Shown here: positions 60,166 through 64,000 of the stretch, piece by piece
How the letters are laid out: each line of letters starts with the position of its first letter
Numbering within the stretch: position 1 is the stretch's first letter
DNA from: a virus
Strand: one strand, 5' to 3'
Virus record (IMG/VR): IMGVR_UViG_3300033143_005857
Location: 12,387-76,386 of that record
DNA length: 64,000 bases
Made by a program: the position numbers and the translations under genes
The notes under the pieces: generated by a model
Seen by the model: the letters and a program-made list of their open reading frames with translations, nothing else
Told to the model about the DNA's origin: nothing
Database searches by the model: none

Positions 60166-60477
60166 TTAATGGAATTTAACCATTACAGTAATGTCTTCGC
60201 CAATATAGCCACGATTTAGGCTAAATGTTAGGTTGTAAACTTCCGTGTCGCCATAGTGGGCTTTGATTTTGTTGGTTTCTGCTTCTTTAAGCAGCGGTCC
60301 GTGTTGGTGGTCACGTATGCTAAAATTGCGTAAAACAGCGTAAACCATAATATTGTTTGCACTTCTTAGGCTAAATTCATAGGAATGCACAGTAGCAAGC
60401 CCAGTTCCATGTTTCTCAACGAGTTTTTTAACTTCGTCGCAGCAAAATGTTTTAAACTCTTTTGTGTATATGTCCAT
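60166..60477 (-). CDS. cassette ORF, hypothetical
   Basis: Start corrected to MDIYT. Confidence 0.65.
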   Translation of the reverse strand: MDIYTKEFKTFCCDEVKKLVEKHGTGLATVHSYEFSLRSANNIMVYAVLRNFSIRDHQHGPLLKEAETNKIKAHYGDTEVYNLTFSLNRGYIGEDITVMVKFH

Positions 60478-60565
60478 GTTTGTTTGCACCTTGTTGCAGC
60501 ATACGTGCTGCATTTACGTGCTATAAGCGATTTGCTTGTAGCATACCGTAAAAGGTAAAAAAGTA

Positions 60566-60895
60566 TTAAATTAACCGCTTAACAAATAGCGGTGATATTT
60601 TGTAAATTATAAGTTTTCCAATTGATTCTTGCCTTAAATTAGCACATTTGTCGGTAAAGTTAAATCTGTAAAACTGTGTTGCTGCTTTACCAGTTAAAAG
60701 CAATGTATCGCCAGTATCCAACATTGTGTCGGCTGTTGGGCAATATGCCATTAAATCTTCCACATAAATTAAAATGCCAGTTGTTTTTAACGTCATTAAG
60801 CGTTGTGCTGCAAGCAAATGTAATGTTGCTGCACCAAATAGTTGTTCTTGGTCTAATCGCTTAATAACATCCTTTAATGTTGCTGTTTTTTGCAT
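60566..60895 (-). CDS. cassette ORF, hypothetical
   Basis: Bounded by copies 11 and 12. Confidence 0.65.
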   Translation of the reverse strand: MQKTATLKDVIKRLDQEQLFGAATLHLLAAQRLMTLKTTGILIYVEDLMAYCPTADTMLDTGDTLLLTGKAATQFYRFNFTDKCANLRQESIGKLIIYKISPLFVKRLI

Positions 60896-60985
60896 AATTT
60901 ACACCTTTTAGCAGCCAACGTGCTGCTATTTACGTGCTATAACCGATTTGGCTATAACATACCGTAAAAAGTGGTTAAAAAAGCA

Positions 60986-61150
60986 TTAACTATACAGAGC
61001 AATTGCTTGCTGCTGTGCGGTTTGAACCGCTTGGATTGGCTTGGTTGTAGGCTGTTGTTTACCAATTGCTTTAAACATGCTAACATAATGTATAACAGTG
61101 TGTTTAATTGGTAAATAAATGTTAAAATTAACTGTAATTGGTTTTTCCAT
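60986..61150 (-). CDS. cassette ORF, 54 aa (not in ORF track)
   Basis: MEKPITVNFNIYLPIKHTVIHYVSMFKAIGKQQPTTKPIQAVQTAQQQAIALYS; fills the space between copies 12 and 13. Confidence 0.6.
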   Translation of the reverse strand: MEKPITVNFNIYLPIKHTVIHYVSMFKAIGKQQPTTKPIQAVQTAQQQAIALYS

Positions 61151-61243
61151 GTTTGTTTACACCTTTTAGCAGCATTACGTGCTGCTATTTACGTATTGGG
61201 TGCTAAATGCAGCCCAATATACCGTAAAAAGTTAAAAAAGTTA

Positions 61244-61582
61244 TTAATTGCTGTTAAATTTGCCGTTGTAATAATAACGGGTTGTTGTTTTTGTGCCTTC
61301 TGCTAAGCCCTTTAAGTATTTTGGGTATAACCAACTGTTGCACGCACCAGCGGCACGTGCTTGGTAGCCAATAAGCACACCGTTTACATAAGTAAACCGT
61401 GCAGCAAAGTGTTGGGCTGCAATAAAACGTTCAAAATGCACCATGCTTGCAACACGTGCCTTTTCCGTGTGTTGTAGTTGTGCAGCAACGTAAATAAGCG
61501 TGCTCCGCAATTCTGCAACGTCGTTGTATTTTGTGGCATTTATAATTAATGCCGCTAAATCGCTGTTATTTAATATTTCCAT
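61244..61582 (-). CDS. cassette ORF, hypothetical
   Basis: Bounded by copies 13 and 14. Confidence 0.65.
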   Translation of the reverse strand: MEILNNSDLAALIINATKYNDVAELRSTLIYVAAQLQHTEKARVASMVHFERFIAAQHFAARFTYVNGVLIGYQARAAGACNSWLYPKYLKGLAEGTKTTTRYYYNGKFNSN

Positions 61583-61661
61583 GTTATTTTACACCTTTTA
61601 CAAGCCATACGTGCTTGTTTACGTGGTTGCAGCGTTGTGCTGCACCCATACCGTAAAAGTG

Positions 61662-61949
61662 TTAAAAAAATTGCTGTATAATTAGGTGGGCTGCTTGCTC
61701 ATAGTTATCCACCATTTCGTTGGCTGCACTGCTTAATGCAACAGTTTGGCTAATAAACGGTATTAGCGGGTGTTTTACAACGTGTTTATACAATGCAGCC
61801 AAGCAATAACCAACTTTGCCGCTTGTATAAAACTTTGCCAGCCTATTGTGCTGGTATTTGGGGTCGTCCGTGCATTCTAAGCAGTGGTTTACATAATTGC
61901 TTAGTAAACTGTTTGCTGCATTAATTTGGGTTATATTTAGTTTTTCCAT
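61662..61949 (-). CDS. cassette ORF, hypothetical
   Basis: Stop codon lies in the T-tract of copy 14. Confidence 0.65.
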   Translation of the reverse strand: MEKLNITQINAANSLLSNYVNHCLECTDDPKYQHNRLAKFYTSGKVGYCLAALYKHVVKHPLIPFISQTVALSSAANEMVDNYEQAAHLIIQQFF

Positions 61950-62027
61950 GTTATTTTACACCTTTTAGCAGCCAACGTGCTGCATTTACGTGCTAAACGC
62001 TAAATGCGGTTAGCATACCGTAAAAAG

Positions 62028-62369
62028 TTAAAAAATAATGTATTTTAAGCCACTAAAAGCCATGCTACACGTTGGTGTGCTAAGCGTTTGCGTGTTAAAG
62101 TTAATAGTAATTGCCACAAACGGCTTGCGTGCTGGGTAGTTAAGCACATCCACCACACTGTGAAAACCAGCACGTAAATGCTGTTTTTGGCTGCCAGTTA
62201 ATAGGTTTGCAGTAAACTGCTTTGCTTTAAGCACTGTGGTGGGTGTATATTGTAATTGCCGTAATTGGTTTACCACGTGCTTGTATAAGGCTTGTGCGTT
62301 GTTATGCACAAATGCACGCACAACACCGCTGTTGTTATAAATTTTTAATATTACTGGTTGTTTTTCCAT
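62028..62369 (-). CDS. cassette ORF, hypothetical (1 Asp, 1 Glu)
   Basis: Bounded by copies 15 and 16. Confidence 0.65.
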   Translation of the reverse strand: MEKQPVILKIYNNSGVVRAFVHNNAQALYKHVVNQLRQLQYTPTTVLKAKQFTANLLTGSQKQHLRAGFHSVVDVLNYPARKPFVAITINFNTQTLSTPTCSMAFSGLKYIIF

Positions 62370-62460
62370 GTTTGTTTACACCTTTTAGCAGCATTACGTG
62401 CTGCTATTTACGTATTGGGTGCTAAATGCAGCCCAATATACCGTAAAAGTGTTAAAAAAG

Positions 62461-62835
62461 TTAAACCATTTTAATTATTTGCCCAATAAATTGGTTAATT
62501 TGGTAATACAGCATGCTGCTTGCTGGGCTGTATAAGTGCATACTGTATAAATGCTGCACCAGTTTGCACGCTTGCCATACAGCAATAAGTTGCTGCTTGC
62601 TAAGCATAATTTTAGGGCTTGGTTTAAACGGGCTAATAAATGGTGTTAATTGCTGTAAAACGCTGTTAATTACCGCTATTTGCCCTACCGCTGTAAATAT
62701 TTGTTTGCCAACTAAATGGCTAATTAAACCGTTATTAACGTGGTGGAAACTATTATTGCCTTGTTTTACTGCTGTTTGCAACACGTTAATTGCACCAATT
62801 AAGTGCATTTTAGGTATTTGTAATGTATATTGCAT
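62461..62835 (-). CDS. cassette ORF, hypothetical (no Asp, Glu or Arg)
   Basis: Bounded by copies 16 and 17. Confidence 0.65.
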   Translation of the reverse strand: MQYTLQIPKMHLIGAINVLQTAVKQGNNSFHHVNNGLISHLVGKQIFTAVGQIAVINSVLQQLTPFISPFKPSPKIMLSKQQLIAVWQACKLVQHLYSMHLYSPASSMLYYQINQFIGQIIKMV

Positions 62836-63018
62836 GTTATTTTACACCTTTATGCTGCAGCGTGCAGCATTTACGTGCTAAACGCTAAATGCGGTTAGCA
62901 TACCGTAAATAAAAAAGTAAACGTTGTTTGCTGTATTTGCACACAGCAGCCCAGTAGGGCTGTATTACGTGGTTGCAGCGTTGTGCTGCACCCATACCGT
63001 AAAATAGTGTTAAAAAAG

Positions 63019-63318
63019 TTATAATACAGCAAATAACTGCTGTTTAAACTGTGCAAGCGTGCTGCACCATTTAGTGCCTACATAATTGCCTTTAATGCCA
63101 ATGCCACCACTATACAAATGTATGGCTGTTTGCCCAGCCTTACGGTGTTGGCTGCCATACTTTTTGTTATTGTGGTAAAAATCCACGCAAATGTTTGGGT
63201 TTAAACGCACCATTAAAGCAGTGCCGTTGCAGCGTGCAATATGCTGCACCTTAAGCGTTTTTACAACAAAAATATAAATTGTTTTTTGCTGTTGGGTTAG
63301 GTTTGTTAGTTTTACCAT
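63019..63318 (-). CDS. cassette ORF, hypothetical (1 Asp, no Glu)
   Basis: Bounded by copies 18 and 19. Confidence 0.65.
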   Translation of the reverse strand: MVKLTNLTQQQKTIYIFVVKTLKVQHIARCNGTALMVRLNPNICVDFYHNNKKYGSQHRKAGQTAIHLYSGGIGIKGNYVGTKWCSTLAQFKQQLFAVL

Positions 63319-63408
63319 GTTATTTTACACCTTTTACAAGCCATACGTGCTTGTTTACGTGGTTGCAGCGTTGTGCTGCACCCATACCGTAAAAGTGTTA
63401 AAAAAGGG

Positions 63409-63798
63409 TTAAAAATAGGTTGCTACATTAATTTTAACTGCTTGCGTTATTTGCTTGGCTGTGCTGCCTTGTGCCAATGCTAAGCAGTTAATAAACAGTT
63501 GTGGCAAATCTGCAACCACATTAAGCATACTGGTTGCTGGGTTGCTGGTTTGTGCTGCCATACTGTTGGCAAACTGCATAATTTGGTTTAATACAAATAC
63601 ATGCTGTGGTGGGGTTAATTTGGCTATTAATTGCACTGCCAAATTATAAATAATACTGCTGGTTTGTGGTGCTGGGCTTTTAGGGCTGCCACTATTTACG
63701 TTGCACCAGTTAATAAAGCTGTTTAACTGCACCCAATTGGTTTGTTTACCAACCCAATAAGCCAGTTTTATGTTATTTACTGTAATTGTTGTTTGCAT
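63409..63798 (-). CDS. cassette ORF, hypothetical (1 Asp, no Glu)
   Basis: Bounded by copies 19 and 20. Confidence 0.65.
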   Translation of the reverse strand: MQTTITVNNIKLAYWVGKQTNWVQLNSFINWCNVNSGSPKSPAPQTSSIIYNLAVQLIAKLTPPQHVFVLNQIMQFANSMAAQTSNPATSMLNVVADLPQLFINCLALAQGSTAKQITQAVKINVATYF

Positions 63799-64000
63799 TT
63801 TTTACACCTTTAACAGCCATACGTGGCTGTTGCACGTGGCTAAAACGCTGGGTTTTAACCATACCGCACGGTGTAATGCCGTAATAGCTGCCATACATGT
63901 TAAGTGCCTTTAACTATGCCGCACGGCTTAAATTACAAGCCGTTTGCTACTGCTAAATTGCCATGCTAAGTTTATTTATACAGCCGTTGCATGCAAATTA

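Larger units (their letters stand above)
56042..63870 (-). repeat. array of 20 double-hairpin intergenic repeats delimiting gene cassettes
   Basis: + strand consensus TTTACACCTTTT-[stem-CGT loop-stem]-TTTACG-[10 bp stem/5 nt loop]-TACCGTAAAAAGT-AAAAAAG. Copies at 56042-56128, 56330-56419, 56663-56750, 57561-57649, 58067-58152, 58357-58443, 58816-58906, 59111-59197, 59456-59545, 60080-60165, 60478-60565, 60896-60985, 61151-61243, 61583-61661, 61950-62027, 62370-62460, 62836-62920, ~62935-63018, 63319-63408, 63799-63870. Confidence 0.95.

Noticed and set aside
56042-63870. CRISPR array
   Set aside because: Repeats are 80-90 bp and variable, intervals are mostly gene-sized and coding, and there is no cas operon
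56042-63870. Canonical integron attC sites
   Set aside because: No RYYYAAC/GTTRRRY boxes and no tyrosine recombinase recognised in the window; the analogy is architectural only
56042-63870. Assigning the hairpins to RNA or to one DNA strand from G-T wobble bias
   Set aside because: Mismatches are G-T on + in copies 2, 6, 7, 8, 11 but on - in 1, 3, 4, 5, 9, 12, 20; polarity is unresolved
1-64000. Naming a specific host (e.g. Asgard archaea) or stop-codon recoding
   Set aside because: Gene content supports an archaeal host only; genes are intact under the standard code

Overview
This window is most of the genome of an AT-rich archaeal head-tail virus (Caudoviricetes, contractile tail). The archaeal assignment rests on PolB, a PCNA-like clamp, RFC, AEP primase, Hel308 and XPF genes plus GGTG(A) ribosome-binding sites; the host lineage cannot be determined from sequence alone. 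Layout: 1-22.7 kb (+) virion morphogenesis (MuF-like, protease/scaffold, capsid, neck, sheath, tube, baseplate, fibre); terminase and portal are not in the window. 23-52 kb (mostly -) replication, recombination, nucleotide metabolism and methylation, interrupted by a + strand structural island at 33.5-37.1 kb. 52.4-55.3 kb (+) clamp loader. 55.2-64 kb (-) small orphan ORFs. The most unusual region is 56-64 kb. Twenty copies of an ~80-90 bp double-hairpin element separate the ORFs like cassettes, and its stems vary in sequence but keep pairing and length. The two hairpin halves reassort between copies around a TTTACG core, and one cassette is empty. Across the same region GA/TC dinucleotides fade out, leaving only 3 in the last ~1.6 kb, so the encoded proteins nearly lack Asp and Glu. 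Other observations: a 15-bp late-promoter motif (5 copies), one copy preceding a candidate anti-RBS small RNA; an atypical tRNA overlapping the polB stop; a methyltransferase flanked by a 27-bp duplication; shared PIP-like C-termini; a candidate +1 frameshift in the tail chaperone. All annotation was done by eye, with no database searches.
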